From contig CAWETI010000002.1 of assembly GCA_963812015.1 (NCBI GenBank), positions 992,001-1,056,000 on the forward strand: a stretch of 64,000 nucleotides of DNA, read 5' to 3'. Origin of the DNA: an uncultured delta proteobacterium. GTDB lineage: Bacteria > Desulfobacterota > Desulfobaccia > Desulfobaccales > 0-14-0-80-60-11. This document shows, in pieces, positions 31,625 to 42,111 of the stretch. The position numbers were made by a program, and so were the translations under genes. Under the pieces are notes generated by a model that was given only the letters and a program-made list of their open reading frames with translations, searched no databases and was not told the DNA's origin. The first letter of the stretch is position 1. Each line of letters opens with the position of its first letter.

Positions 31625-31871
31625 GGATGCCTTGAAATTGACAGGATATTTCTACACTTTAAAATTTATCAATCCGGGGGCTAGGAGTCAACATGATTAT
31701 CCCGGGCCCCGGGATGGTTTTTGCACCACTTAAGGAAAATAAATAAGGAAAATAAGGAAAACTTTCCGGCTTGATTGCCTGCCCCCGCGGCTGGCCCCTG
31801 ATTTCCCTTGACATCAAACAATGATAAACTCTAGAATAAGCAAATTTTATGATGTCGAGGGGGAGGAGACC

Positions 31872-32762
31872 ATGGCTAAGCGGGGGCGCGGCAAGCGCAA
31901 CAAATGGGGTCTGAGGCTTTGCATCATCCTTTTAACCGTCGGTTTCCTGATCCCGGCGCCGACGCCGGCTTTGGCTGTCTACTGGGACCTGGCCATCGGC
32001 TGCACCATCCTGGGGCTCCTGGCCACCCCGGTCATCGGTTATGGCATCTATGAGAATCTTCCCTCCCGGCGGGACCAGCCGCGCCTGATGAATGGTGAAT
32101 TCTACGCCGGGGGCTTTCTGGGGGCGGCCTTTACTCCCAGCCAGACTCTCCAATATCTTAGTGGCGTTACCCTCAACGGCGGGCCCAATGGCAGCGGCCC
32201 CGCTGGCTTTGCGGGGTCGGCCAAGCTGTATAACAATCAATTCGCCAACTCCCTGACCGGGGGCGTGAAGTTCGGGTACTTTACCCATGCCGTCCCCTAT
32301 CTGGGCCTGGAAGTGGAGTCCTGCGTCAACAATAGTTACGTGAACCGGCGCACCTTGTCCATGAGCCCCCCCATCCAGGGGTTCAACCGGGCCGCCGTTC
32401 CCAATGACTTCTGGATCGATTGGACTACGGCCTTGCATATTGTCGGGCGCTACGGCTTTTTGCCGGACCAGGAAGTGCCTTTCGGCCGGCTGCAGCCCTA
32501 TGTGGGCATCGGCCCGGCCTTCATCGTCTTGTATGAAGAGGTGGACTCGGCCAAAAATTTCGGCGTCGATGTGATGGCCGGGGTGCGCTATATGATCGCC
32601 ACACATGTCTCCGCCTTCGTGGAATACAAATTTAACTACCAGTGGGCGGCCGAAATTGAAGACCATCCCTTTTATCTGCCCAACGGCACCGTAGGCCGCA
32701 ATATGGCCACTCTCGATTTTGCCAACCATAAAATCGTGGCGGGGATAGCTTACCATTGGTAA
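31872..32762 (+). CDS. Outer-membrane beta-barrel protein (OmpW/opacity-like)
   Basis: Signal peptide; LQPYVGIG, AGVRY, FVEYK, terminal GIAYHW; RBS GGAGG. Confidence 0.8.
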   Translation: MAKRGRGKRNKWGLRLCIILLTVGFLIPAPTPALAVYWDLAIGCTILGLLATPVIGYGIYENLPSRRDQPRLMNGEFYAGGFLGAAFTPSQTLQYLSGVTLNGGPNGSGPAGFAGSAKLYNNQFANSLTGGVKFGYFTHAVPYLGLEVESCVNNSYVNRRTLSMSPPIQGFNRAAVPNDFWIDWTTALHIVGRYGFLPDQEVPFGRLQPYVGIGPAFIVLYEEVDSAKNFGVDVMAGVRYMIATHVSAFVEYKFNYQWAAEIEDHPFYLPNGTVGRNMATLDFANHKIVAGIAYHW

Positions 32763-32789
32763 GGGCCTAACCCGTCCTGCACATACCTG

Positions 32790-32812
32790 AAGGCGGCCCC
32801 CGGCCGCCTTTT
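32790..32812 (+). terminator. Rho-independent terminator
   Basis: AAGGCGGCC-CCC-GGCCGCCTT followed by T-run. Confidence 0.75.
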
Positions 32813-32949
32813 CTATCGCTTTTGATAACCAGGGGCCGGAAAAGGGGTGATTTCCATCCCCCGGGGCGCCTCCCGAGATTCCCCCAGACCTGGATTTACC
32901 CCGAGGGCTGTGTTATCTTAAACCGAAAATTGCTTGCCCAGGTTGGAAC

Positions 32950-34545
32950 ATGAAACTCGTTACGGCATCTCAGATGCGAGAGTTGGATCGCCGGGCCATC
33001 CAGGACCTCGGCATCCCCTCCCTGGTCCTGATGGAGAACGCCGGGCGGACGACCTACCAGATCCTCAGGCGGGAATTCCCCAACCTCCCGGGTGAAGTGG
33101 CGGTGCTGGCCGGCCGCGGCAACAACGGCGGCGACGGTTTTGTGGTGGCCCGCTACCTGGCCAACGCCGGAGTCCCGGTGGCGGTGTTCCTCTTAGGGCC
33201 GCGGAACCAGGTGGGCGGTGACGCCCGGGTTAACCTGGATATCCTGGCCCACCTGGGGATCGCGGTGGAGGAGGTCCTCACCGAAGCGCACCTGAACCCG
33301 GTCATCCACCGGTTGGCCAAAGCCGGGCTCATCGTGGACGCCCTTTTAGGCACCGGCCTCAATTCCCCGGTCAAAGGCTTGATGGCCGCCTTGATCGAAC
33401 GGCTCAATCATCTGAGGGCGCCGGTGTTGGCGGTGGATATCCCCACCGGACTGTCCGCCGATACCGGGGAAGTGCTGGGGGTGGCCCTGAAGGCCCGGGT
33501 CACCGTGACCTACGGCTGGCCCAAGCTAGGCCAAATCCTCCCTCCGGGCCGGGATTACGTGGGCCGCCTCTGGCAGGTGGATATCAGTATCCCCCCGGAT
33601 TTGGTTCGGGCGGCGCCCCTGGAGTTGGCCGAGGCCCGGGACCTCCGGGCGCTTTTGCCGCCCCGGCCCTTCGGCAGCCATAAGGGGAATTTTGGGCACC
33701 TCCTGGTCCTGGCCGGCTCCGTCGGCAAGACCGGGGCGGCGGCCATGTCGGCCGAGGCAGCCCTCCGGGCCGGGGCCGGGCTGGTGACTTTGGGGATTCC
33801 CGCCAGCCTTAACGATATCCTGGCGGTGAAGCTCACCGAGGCCATGACCCTGCCCCTGCCCGAGGCCGCGGGGGCCCGGGCCCTGGGCGCTGCGGCCCTG
33901 GCGCCCATCATGGAGTTCCTGGACCAAAAGTCCACCCTGGCCCTGGGGCCGGGAATCGGGACCCACCCGGAGACCCGGGAACTGGTGGGCCGGCTGGTCC
34001 ATGACCTTACCGGTCCCATGGTCATCGATGCGGACGGCATCAACAACCTGGCGGCGGATACCGCCTGTTTGACAGGCGCCGCCGGCCCCCGCATCCTGAC
34101 CCCCCACCCGGGTGAGATGGCCCGGCTGCTGGGGCTCACCACCCCGGAAGTCCAGGCCCGGCGCCTGGACCTGGCCCGGGAGACCGCAGCCCGGTTCGGG
34201 GTCACTCTGGTGTTGAAAGGGGCCCAGACGGTGGTGGCCGCCCCCGACGGCCGCGCCAGCCTCAATTCCACGGGAAACCCGGCCCTGGCCAGCGGCGGCA
34301 CCGGGGACGTGCTCACCGGCCTCATCGGCGGCTTTCTGGCCCAGGGTCTGACTCCCTGGGACGCCGCCCGCCTGGGAGTCTACCTCCACGGCCTGGCTGC
34401 GGATTTTTTTGTCAGTCGCCACGGACCCCGGGGGATGATCGCCGGAGACTTGTTGACCGTTTTTCCCACTATGCTGGCAGAATTCAGCCAGGGGATGATC
34501 CCCTCGGCAGAAGGAGATATATGCTTTACGCGCGTGATATCATGA
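32950..34545 (+). CDS. nnr: Bifunctional NAD(P)HX epimerase/dehydratase
   Basis: LMENAG, GRGNNGGDG, DIPTG, HKGNFG, LTPHPGEM, GGTGDVL. Confidence 0.95.
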   Translation: MKLVTASQMRELDRRAIQDLGIPSLVLMENAGRTTYQILRREFPNLPGEVAVLAGRGNNGGDGFVVARYLANAGVPVAVFLLGPRNQVGGDARVNLDILAHLGIAVEEVLTEAHLNPVIHRLAKAGLIVDALLGTGLNSPVKGLMAALIERLNHLRAPVLAVDIPTGLSADTGEVLGVALKARVTVTYGWPKLGQILPPGRDYVGRLWQVDISIPPDLVRAAPLELAEARDLRALLPPRPFGSHKGNFGHLLVLAGSVGKTGAAAMSAEAALRAGAGLVTLGIPASLNDILAVKLTEAMTLPLPEAAGARALGAAALAPIMEFLDQKSTLALGPGIGTHPETRELVGRLVHDLTGPMVIDADGINNLAADTACLTGAAGPRILTPHPGEMARLLGLTTPEVQARRLDLARETAARFGVTLVLKGAQTVVAAPDGRASLNSTGNPALASGGTGDVLTGLIGGFLAQGLTPWDAARLGVYLHGLAADFFVSRHGPRGMIAGDLLTVFPTMLAEFSQGMIPSAEGDICFTRVIS

Positions 34546-34982
34546 CCACGGAGGTCCTCACGGTCAGCCCGGAGACCTCCATTGCGGAAATGTCCAAGAT
34601 CTTGGAAAACCGCCAGATCGGCGGCGTCCCGGTGGTGGATAAAGGCGGCCGCCTGGTGGGGGTCATCACCCAGAGCGACCTGGTGGAGCGGGCCCGGGAC
34701 CTGGAGTTGCCCCCGGCCATCAATATCCTGGACTTCCATGTCTACCTCCAGATTCCCTCGCATCTGCTCCACCGGGTGGAAAAGATGCTGGGTACTACGG
34801 TGGGCGATTGCATGAGTCCCAACCCCGTCACGGTGGCCCCGGACACCCCGGTCCCCCAGATCGCCGGGATCATGACCAAGCAGAAGGTGCACACCCTCCC
34901 GGTGCTGGAAGGGGGCAAACTCGTGGGCGTCATCGGCAAGATGGACCTGGTCCGGGCCATGGCCCGGGAACCCGGCGAGTGA
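34521..34982 (+). CDS. CBS domain protein
   Basis: Two CBS repeats (ARDIMT, GVPVVD, LPVLE..LVGVI). Confidence 0.9.
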   Translation: MLYARDIMTTEVLTVSPETSIAEMSKILENRQIGGVPVVDKGGRLVGVITQSDLVERARDLELPPAINILDFHVYLQIPSHLLHRVEKMLGTTVGDCMSPNPVTVAPDTPVPQIAGIMTKQKVHTLPVLEGGKLVGVIGKMDLVRAMAREPGE

Positions 34983-35065
34983 GGCGGGATTGCTCGCGCA
35001 CCGGCGGCCCCGGCGTCTCGCTTGTCTAGGCGCAGGCTGAAGCGCGGCCATAACCACCGCCCGAT

Positions 35066-35539
35066 ATGAAGCCGTATGCGCTGATCAGCCACAGTCCCGA
35101 AGAAACCCGAGCCCTGGCGGTCCGGCTGGGACTGCTCCTAAAATCCGGGGATGTAGTGGCCTTAAACGGGGAGTTAGGCAGCGGCAAGACCGAGTTCGTC
35201 CACGGTCTGGCCGAGGGGCTAAAAGTGCCCCCCGAGGTGGCTGTGGCCAGTCCCAGCTTCACCCTGGTGCACGAGTATCCCGGGCGCCTGACCCTGGTCC
35301 ACCTGGACCTCTATCGCCTGGAAGACCTGCCGCCGGAACTGCTCCCGGACCTGGAAGAATATCTCGCCGGCCCCCAGGTGGTGGCGGTGGAATGGGCCCG
35401 GCGCCTGGCGCCCTTGCTCCCCGGCGATTACCTGGAAGTCGATCTGGAGATCATCGGAGAGACCCAGCGACAACTCACCTTCACCGGCCACGGGCTGCGG
35501 AGTTGGGAACTGGTGTGCCATTTGACGAAAGATTCTTGA
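35066..35539 (+). CDS. tsaE: t6A biosynthesis ATPase TsaE
   Basis: GELGSGKT, SPSFTLVHEY, HLDLYRL, VEW. Confidence 0.95.
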   Translation: MKPYALISHSPEETRALAVRLGLLLKSGDVVALNGELGSGKTEFVHGLAEGLKVPPEVAVASPSFTLVHEYPGRLTLVHLDLYRLEDLPPELLPDLEEYLAGPQVVAVEWARRLAPLLPGDYLEVDLEIIGETQRQLTFTGHGLRSWELVCHLTKDS

Positions 35540-35705
35540 ATGCTCATTTGAGGGGAGGGGTGGAGGAGAACAACTCCGCCACTCTCCCCTCAAACTCCCC
35601 TCTCATCCCCCTGTAAGGGATTGGGGGTGGGGGTTTTGGGGAGGGGGCAGGGGCGGGCGTCTCTGGCCCCCTCCCCAAATCTCAATCTGGGAAAAGGGGA
35701 TGTAC

Positions 35706-36386
35706 ATGGCCAAAACAACTCCCCGGCGCCGGATGGCGCTGGACAGTCCCGAAGGAATGCGAACCCTGGCGCATCGCTTGCTGGAGCCGGTGAAGCCCTA
35801 TGCCAAATGGCTGGTGGCGGGTGGGGTCGTGATCGCCCTGGCTCTGGGAGCCTGGGCGATCAACGCCGGGATGCAGAAGCGCCGGGACGCTAAAGCCGCC
35901 GCTGCCTTCGCATCGGTGACCCCCAAGGTGGATCTCACGGTTCCCACCGCCGACGCCGCCAAGGTCCTGGGGCAGTTTGTCCAGGAATATAACGGCACCC
36001 GGACGGGCCGGGAAGCCCAACTCATGCTGGCCAACCTCCTCTATGGGTTGGGGCGATACGCTGAGGCCGCCAAGGCTTACGAATCCCTCCTGGACGGCCG
36101 CGACCCGGGCTGGGATCTCCTCGTGACCGAAAGTCTCAGCTACTGCTACGAAGGGCTGGGCAACTTCAAAAAGGCCGCCGAGGTCCTCAAACCCGCGGCG
36201 GAACAAGCCTACGGCCCCCTGAAGACCGAGATTATGAGGCGTCTGGCCATGCTCTACGATAAGGCCCAAGAGCCCAAAGAAGCCGCGGTCTACTGGCGCA
36301 AGCTGCTGGAAAAGCCACCGGACGCCGCCCTGGTCCCTTACCTCCAGGAAAGATTGGCCGCGGCGGAGGCCGCGAGCAAGAAATAG
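35706..36386 (+). CDS. YfgM-like membrane-anchored TPR protein
   Basis: One TM helix followed by TPR helices. Confidence 0.75.
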   Translation: MAKTTPRRRMALDSPEGMRTLAHRLLEPVKPYAKWLVAGGVVIALALGAWAINAGMQKRRDAKAAAAFASVTPKVDLTVPTADAAKVLGQFVQEYNGTRTGREAQLMLANLLYGLGRYAEAAKAYESLLDGRDPGWDLLVTESLSYCYEGLGNFKKAAEVLKPAAEQAYGPLKTEIMRRLAMLYDKAQEPKEAAVYWRKLLEKPPDAALVPYLQERLAAAEAASKK

Positions 36387-36403
36387 ACCGGGGCCGATTT
36401 CAA

Positions 36404-36841
36404 TTACCGGGTGGCAAGCCGGGCCTTGACCATATCGATATTGAATTTGATCAGGGGCTCCATCTCCGTATCCCCGTAAACCTCCTGCAAGGGGCGGAAG
36501 GCCAGACAGATACCGTCCACCGCGCATACCTGATTGACCTTGATCTGATATCCTTTAGCCCGAGTTAGGGCCTGTTCCAGGTATTTCAGGGCCTCTTGAT
36601 ATTTATGCTCTTTGACCCTGATGGCCCCCAGGTTGTTCAAGGCCAGGGGATTGCCGGGGTCCTGCTGTAAAATCCGCTCGTAGATTGTCTGGGCCTGAGC
36701 CAGTTGGCCCGCCTCCAGTAAATCATAGCTCTCCATCAGCATCTTGGTGAGGCCGGCGTCACCCTGGGCCTGGACCGGCCCGGCCAAGGCCAGCCCCAAG
36801 GCCGCCACCATGAGGACTATCTGCCAGAATCTGCGTTGCAT
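36404..36841 (-). CDS. Secreted small TPR protein, paralog B
   Basis: Signal peptide; DPGNPLALNN; VNQVCAVDGICLAFRP. Confidence 0.8.
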   Translation of the reverse strand: MQRRFWQIVLMVAALGLALAGPVQAQGDAGLTKMLMESYDLLEAGQLAQAQTIYERILQQDPGNPLALNNLGAIRVKEHKYQEALKYLEQALTRAKGYQIKVNQVCAVDGICLAFRPLQEVYGDTEMEPLIKFNIDMVKARLATR

Positions 36842-36952
36842 GTGGGCCCCCGATTGATTCGAAGTGATTGCACCATAACGACCTCCGGCGGCGTTGTCAA
36901 TGCCGGGGTGGATGCGTCCCGGTCGCCTTTGGTGCGGGTTGTCGCCGACCAC

Positions 36953-36980
36953 AAAAAAAAAGGCCCCCGGAGGGGGGCCT
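36953..36980 (-). terminator. Rho-independent terminator
   Basis: AGGCCCCC..GGGGGCCT hairpin with a T-run on the minus strand. Confidence 0.75.
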
Positions 36981-37013
36981 AGGAGCTCCTAGTGGGCGGC
37001 AGTTAAGCGTTAA

Positions 37014-37487
37014 TTATCTCAGGCCCTTCCCCGGGACGGGGCCCTCAGTCATATAGCCTTTGACCATTTCGATGTTCATCTTGATCAAGGGCTCCAAATC
37101 CTGATTACCGGTACCCGAAGCCACGGGTTTGAAGGCCAGGCAGATGTTGCCCACGGAGCAAACCCGGTTTACCTGTACCATGTAGCCTTTGGCTTTGCCC
37201 AGGGCCTGGTTCAGGTAGGTGTCGGCCTTATCGAACTTCTTCTCATAGACCATGACCGAGGCCTTGTTGTTCAAGGCCAGGGGATTGCCCGGATCCTTCT
37301 CCAGGATTTTGTCCAGCAACGCATCGGCCTTCTTATACTGTTGCTTTTCGATCAGATCATAAGATTTCAGCAACGCGTCGCCAACATTAAATTCTTTTTC
37401 GGCCTTTTTCGCCGCCAATGCAGCCCCCGCCCCACACAGAGCCAGGGCCAGTACGATGGCTATAACTTTGACCCACGTCCTCTTCAT
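37014..37487 (-). CDS. Secreted small TPR protein, paralog A
   Basis: Signal peptide; DPGNPLALNN; VNRVCSVGNICLAFKP. Confidence 0.8.
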   Translation of the reverse strand: MKRTWVKVIAIVLALALCGAGAALAAKKAEKEFNVGDALLKSYDLIEKQQYKKADALLDKILEKDPGNPLALNNKASVMVYEKKFDKADTYLNQALGKAKGYMVQVNRVCSVGNICLAFKPVASGTGNQDLEPLIKMNIEMVKGYMTEGPVPGKGLR

Positions 37488-37773
37488 ATTCTCCCTCCCT
37501 TGGTATGATGATGCCTTGATGACTAGGTGATGCCGCCCTGCTCACATAAGATAAGAGATTCCCCGCTGATTGTCAAAATATTTTGCGGGGAAACCTGCCA
37601 GATTTCATTAAATATTCCATTTTTTCGGTCTTCCGGGAGTTTTTTGGAAACTATCGGTTGTATTATCGGCGGGTTCGTCTCTTCCGGCCCTCAACCAGTT
37701 ACCCGGCCGGGGAGGCTGCCGCAGCAAGGTCCATATCCGGCAGGCCTGGCGGTTGCCTGACGGCGGCAAAAAT

Positions 37774-38610
37774 TTATTCCTTCAGGCGGGGATCGATGGC
37801 CTCCCGGATGCCTTCCCCCAACAGGTTGTAACTCATCACCGTGACGAGAATGGCCAGCCCGGGAAACACGGACAGCCACCAGGCGATCTCGATATTATCT
37901 TTGCCGGCGGTGAGGATGTTGCCCCAACTGGGGGTGGGGGGCTGGACTCCGAGGCCCAGGAAACTCAGAGCGCTCTCGGTGAGGATGGCCCCTGCCACCC
38001 CCAGGGTGGCCGAGACCATCACCGGCGCCAGGGCGTTGGGCAGCATGTGGCGCATGATCAGACGGGTGTCGCCGGCTCCCAGGGCTCGGGCCGCGGTGAC
38101 GAATTCCCGTTCCCGCAGGGAGAGAAACTCCGCCCGGACCAGACGGGCCACACCCATCCAACTGGTGAGGCCGATGACCACCATGATGTTCCAGATGCTG
38201 GGCTCCAGTATGGCGATGACGGCCAGGATCAGAAAGAAGGCGGGAAAACAGAGCATCAGGTCCACCAGGCGCATGAGGCTTTGGTCCACCCAGCCGCCAT
38301 AATACCCCGCCAGGGCCCCCACCAACAGGCCGATGAGGGTGGCCAGGCCCACCGCCACGAAGCCCACCTTGAGGGACACCCGAGACCCAAAGATGATCCG
38401 GGAGAGGACGTCCCGGCCCAGAGTGTCCGTGCCCAAAAGATGGGCGTGGCTGGGGGGCATGAGCACCTGTTTGAGGTCGATGCTGTTGGGGTCATAGGGC
38501 GCCAGCCAGGGGGCGAAGATGGACAGCACAAACAGGCCCAAGACCAGGGCCAGGCCGGTCATGGCCATGCGATTCCGCTTCAGGCGCGCCCAGAATTCAC
38601 GTTGTCTCAT
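37774..38610 (-). CDS. oppC: Peptide/nickel ABC transporter permease OppC/DppC
   Basis: LGTDTLGRD, EFVTAARALGA, HMLPN, LSFLGLG..PSWG. Confidence 0.92.
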   Translation of the reverse strand: MRQREFWARLKRNRMAMTGLALVLGLFVLSIFAPWLAPYDPNSIDLKQVLMPPSHAHLLGTDTLGRDVLSRIIFGSRVSLKVGFVAVGLATLIGLLVGALAGYYGGWVDQSLMRLVDLMLCFPAFFLILAVIAILEPSIWNIMVVIGLTSWMGVARLVRAEFLSLREREFVTAARALGAGDTRLIMRHMLPNALAPVMVSATLGVAGAILTESALSFLGLGVQPPTPSWGNILTAGKDNIEIAWWLSVFPGLAILVTVMSYNLLGEGIREAIDPRLKE

Positions 38611-38617
38611 AGAGATT

Positions 38618-38794
38618 GGTTTTCGGTTTTTGGTTTTCGGTAAAGAGCAAGCAAAGAGTGCGGTGATTACCTCCTCTGCCCTAACCTCTTTCAATGGTTT
38701 TAATTCACGACAGATACCTTTCCCGATTAATCGGCCTCTCAGGCGGATTCGGTTTCCAGGGCCACAGAAAACTGAAAACCGGAAACCGAAAACC
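38618..38794. repeat. Element bounded by inverted GGTTTTC heptamer arrays between oppB and oppC
   Basis: Left arm GGTTTTCGGTTTTTGGTTTTCGGT; right arm ACTGAAAACCGGAAACCGAAAACC. Confidence 0.7.
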
Positions 38795-38800
38795 CTCTTC

Positions 38801-39775
38801 TCACCCTGTGCGGATGCGCGGGTCCACCAGGGCGTAGCCCACATCCGCCAGCATGTTGCCCACCAGGGTCAGCACCGCGCCGATGACCAGTTCCCCCATG
38901 ACCAGGGGGTAGTCCCGGGCCATCACCGCGCCGTAGAACAACTGGCCCATGCCGGGGATGGCAAAGATGGACTCGAAGATGACGCTGCCGCCGATGAGGC
39001 CCGGCACACTCAACCCCAGGATGGTGATTACCGGCAGCAGGGCGTTGCGCAGCGCGTGTTTGAAGATCACCACCCGCTCCGGCAGCCCCTTGGCCCGGGC
39101 CGTAATGATGTAATCCTGGCGGATAACCTCCAGCATGTTGCCCCGCATGTAGCGGGACATGCCGGCCAGGCCCCCGAACGCGGCCACCAGCACCGGCAGG
39201 GTTACGTGGGCGGCCAGGTCCTCCAGCTTCTGCCAGAGGGTGAATTGCCCGAAATTAAGGGAGGTGAGGCCGGAGATGGGCAGCCAATCCAGGTAGACGC
39301 CGAAAAACATGATGAGGAGCAAGGCCAGCCAGAACGTGGGCATGGCGAACCCAAAAAAGACGAACAGAGTGGTGGTTTTGTCGAACCACGAGTGGGCCCG
39401 GTAGGCGGCGATCACCCCGATGGGAACGGACACCCCCAAGATGATAATCAGGCTCATGAGGTTGAGGCCCAGGGTAATGCCGATGCGTTCCTTGATCTTG
39501 TCCCACACCGGCCGCCGGTCCGGGGAGAAGGAGCGCCCGAAGTCCAGGTGGACCAGTCTCTTCAGCCAGTCCTGGTATTGCACCATGAGGGGTTTGTCCA
39601 GCCCATAGAGCTCCCGCAGACGTTTCTGGGCCTCCAGGGATGCCTTGGGATTGAGGGTGGTCTGCATGTCGGTGGGAGTGCCCGGGGCCAGGTGAATGAC
39701 CATGAAAGAGATCAGGGTGATCCCCAGGAGCATGGGAATCATCATTGCCAGACGTTTTAGGATATAGAGCCACAT
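38801..39775 (-). CDS. oppB: Peptide/nickel ABC transporter permease OppB/DppB
   Basis: [33 protein letters not shown]. Confidence 0.93.
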   Translation of the reverse strand: MWLYILKRLAMMIPMLLGITLISFMVIHLAPGTPTDMQTTLNPKASLEAQKRLRELYGLDKPLMVQYQDWLKRLVHLDFGRSFSPDRRPVWDKIKERIGITLGLNLMSLIIILGVSVPIGVIAAYRAHSWFDKTTTLFVFFGFAMPTFWLALLLIMFFGVYLDWLPISGLTSLNFGQFTLWQKLEDLAAHVTLPVLVAAFGGLAGMSRYMRGNMLEVIRQDYIITARAKGLPERVVIFKHALRNALLPVITILGLSVPGLIGGSVIFESIFAIPGMGQLFYGAVMARDYPLVMGELVIGAVLTLVGNMLADVGYALVDPRIRTG

Positions 39776-40135
39776 GGGGTTTGTAATTGAGTGAATTCCC
39801 GCTCCCGCACTTGCTAAATTAGCCTAATTGGGCCGGCGATGCAAGGGGGAGGACCATGCCGTGGCAGAGGGAGTCCCCTCTCTGAGTCCCCGCGCCTTAA
39901 GCTGGCCGTTAAGCCAAAGATAGATCAGCCATTCATGCTCGGCGACGACTGGGCTCGCGGCGGTGGGGGAAACCGGATTAAGAGGGAGGTTCTTATTTTT
40001 CCGTAAGGGCTGCGCTAGATAGTTATAGGTACTATTCGGTGGTTTTTTCCTGAGCCGTGGATGTGGACCGGACTCTCCCCCGGTTTTGGGGAGGCCCGAA
40101 TTGAGCCGAGCCATTCCCCGGGGCCGGGCTGGACG

Positions 40136-40609
40136 TCAGGTTAACCAGCCCTGGAGCACCTGCCGGGCCCGGTCCACGTAACCGGGCAGGGCTCCCCGGG
40201 TCGACGGGCTCATCTCGGCATGACTCTCAAAGGGGCTTGCCACTTCCAGGGCCAGGATGCGCAACTCCTGGGGAAATACGATCCCCAAACGCTCCGCCTG
40301 CCGCAAGACTTCGGGGAGACCCACGTAGTGGGCTGAGGGCGCCGCCGCCTTCTGAAAATCATCCCGGGAGAATTCCAAGACCGTGCCCGGGGGGGCGTAC
40401 CCGGTAAAGATGGCGTCCAGGAGCAGGGCCCGGTCATAGCCTTCCAGGAGTTCCAGGAGGGCGAGCCCCGCCCCGGGGGCCTCCACGATGTCCACCGACT
40501 TCTGGAACTCATCCCTCAGGAGGCGGGCCGTGGCGAGCCCCACCCCGTCATCTTTCAGGATGTCATTACCGAGAGCCAGAAGCAGGCAACGTCGCGGCAT
40601 GCGATGCAT
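40136..40609 (-). CDS. Hydrogenase maturation protease (no hydrogenase genes adjacent)
   Basis: LGNDILKDDGVG, LLDA, SAHYVGL. Confidence 0.85.
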   Translation of the reverse strand: MHRMPRRCLLLALGNDILKDDGVGLATARLLRDEFQKSVDIVEAPGAGLALLELLEGYDRALLLDAIFTGYAPPGTVLEFSRDDFQKAAAPSAHYVGLPEVLRQAERLGIVFPQELRILALEVASPFESHAEMSPSTRGALPGYVDRARQVLQGWLT

Positions 40610-41602
40610 CTTTCCAGTCCCTCTCTGCCGGCCAATGGCCTCGGCAGTCCGGTGAACCCTCCGCCTCTGGCGGTGGAGGCCGTGCTCCCCGGGTAAATCG
40701 GCCCATGGTGCATTTTACCCCAGGGATCTGGCCGGGGCGTCCTTAGCCACCCTCAGTCGCGTTGTGGGAGCGGGAGGGCGACAATGAGATTGCCTATGGT
40801 GCCCAATGGCTTACGCCTTTCCCGGGTGGCCGTTCCCAGGCACCCTAATCCCAGGCTTTGTGCACTAGTATGCAATATACGTTCCCGGCGGCCTTGATGG
40901 GGCCGGGAATGACTCCATCCGGGGGCGAGAGGCTCGGTAAGCGATGGGCAGCCGGTGATGGCGCCGCCTCAGATGATGACGCCTCAAAAAATGTTTGGGT
41001 TCAAGGCGCCTGCCTGACGGTCGGGTTGAGGGTGATTTCGCCCTTACCCGGGAGATAATTCCCCAGCCTGATCAGGTCAGGGGTTTGGCGAAGGCAGGTT
41101 GCCATATTTTGGAAAAAATTCTTGCTAAATTATCCTCACGATTTGGCCAGGGCCGGTGCTTAAGACCGGCCCCAAAGTCTTGACTCGGGGCGCCGATGGC
41201 AAAGACGGGTCGCCGGGCCCCGGGCCGGTTCTGCGAAGGAAATAAAATGAATAATTAATGATTTGCCAACCTGCGCGCAACAATCTGGAGGTATCTTATC
41301 CTTCGCAGTCACCTCTGAGGCGCGCTACAGGTTCTCTAAAAGGGGAAAACCGGGGGGAGTCCCGGACGCGATGGTCGAAGGGGCGGGGGCCGGTCGTTCG
41401 GCAAATTTGAACCGGGATTGAGCCCGGACCGGGGGCAGAAAGGGCGGAACCCGGGTCAAGCGAGGATTATAGTCCGGAGCAAGAATGCCGATAAATTGGG
41501 TTGATCGCAGAATCGGTTGGGCGATCGCCGGGAATAACCCCATAGCTTATCGACAATCCTCCTTCTCATAATTTCCCGTGCCGGTGAGGGGCGGAACCAA
41601 GG

Positions 41603-41866
41603 ATGAAAACGCCAATGCGAAAGAAAGAACTGGTGGCCATGTTTATGGAGAGCCCCCTTTATTTCGAATTGCGGGTGCGGGAGAGGCTGGAGCTGTTGAG
41701 AGAACATATAAGCCGGTTCTCGCTCCAGGACCCTCTGGGTGGGATTGCCACGCTGGCCAATGCGGTCCCGGAAGACCCCACCGCGACCTCGACCCGGGGA
41801 GCCGAGACCAACTATGCCAGGCTCATCGTGGGATATTTCCCTCCCAAGCAGCCGGTGAGCCCCTGA
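41603..41866 (+). CDS. Hypothetical protein
   Basis: MRKKELVAMFMESPLYFELRVRERLELL N-terminus; short ORF. Confidence 0.55.
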   Translation: MKTPMRKKELVAMFMESPLYFELRVRERLELLREHISRFSLQDPLGGIATLANAVPEDPTATSTRGAETNYARLIVGYFPPKQPVSP

Positions 41867-41937
41867 ATTAACCGCCCGAGCAGGCAACATGCCGCCAGTC
41901 CGGGTCGGCATCCGGGTTGAGGCAACGTAATATTCTC

Positions 41938-41966
41938 TTGACAGCTGGCGTATCCGAGATTAGTAA
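41938..41966 (+). promoter_or_regulatory. Sigma70-like promoter
   Basis: TTGACA, 17 bp spacer, TAGTAA; flanked by inverted TAATATT/AATATTA. Confidence 0.5.
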
Positions 41967-42111
41967 CAATGATCAAATATTATGGATCCGGCCGAACCCG
42001 GTGGGACCCAGGCGTTTTGCGCCGCCATCTGACCCGCCGGTGCGCCGGGCTTAGTGCAGGTCTGAAGCCTGAAGAGTGGTGCGGTCTTTTAGGGGGTAAA
42101 GGAGTTCTTTC

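Noticed and set aside
40860..41130. Sigma54-like promoters (GTGCAC..TGCA; GGAAAAAATTCTTGC)
   Set aside because: The first lacks the -24 GG; the second has 11 rather than 10 nt between GG and GC.
41335..41400. Cobalamin or c-di-GMP-I riboswitch-like words (AAAAGGGGAAAACCGG..GGACGC)
   Set aside because: Core nucleotides and downstream helices do not match; unsupported without an Rfam scan.
41875..41990. NiCo (czcD) riboswitch resemblance (GAGCAGGCAA, CCGGG, GGCAAC) upstream of metal-linked genes
   Set aside because: The P3 stem cannot form properly, the 3' UGGGACAG is misplaced, and a sigma70 promoter lies inside it. Still worth a cmscan.
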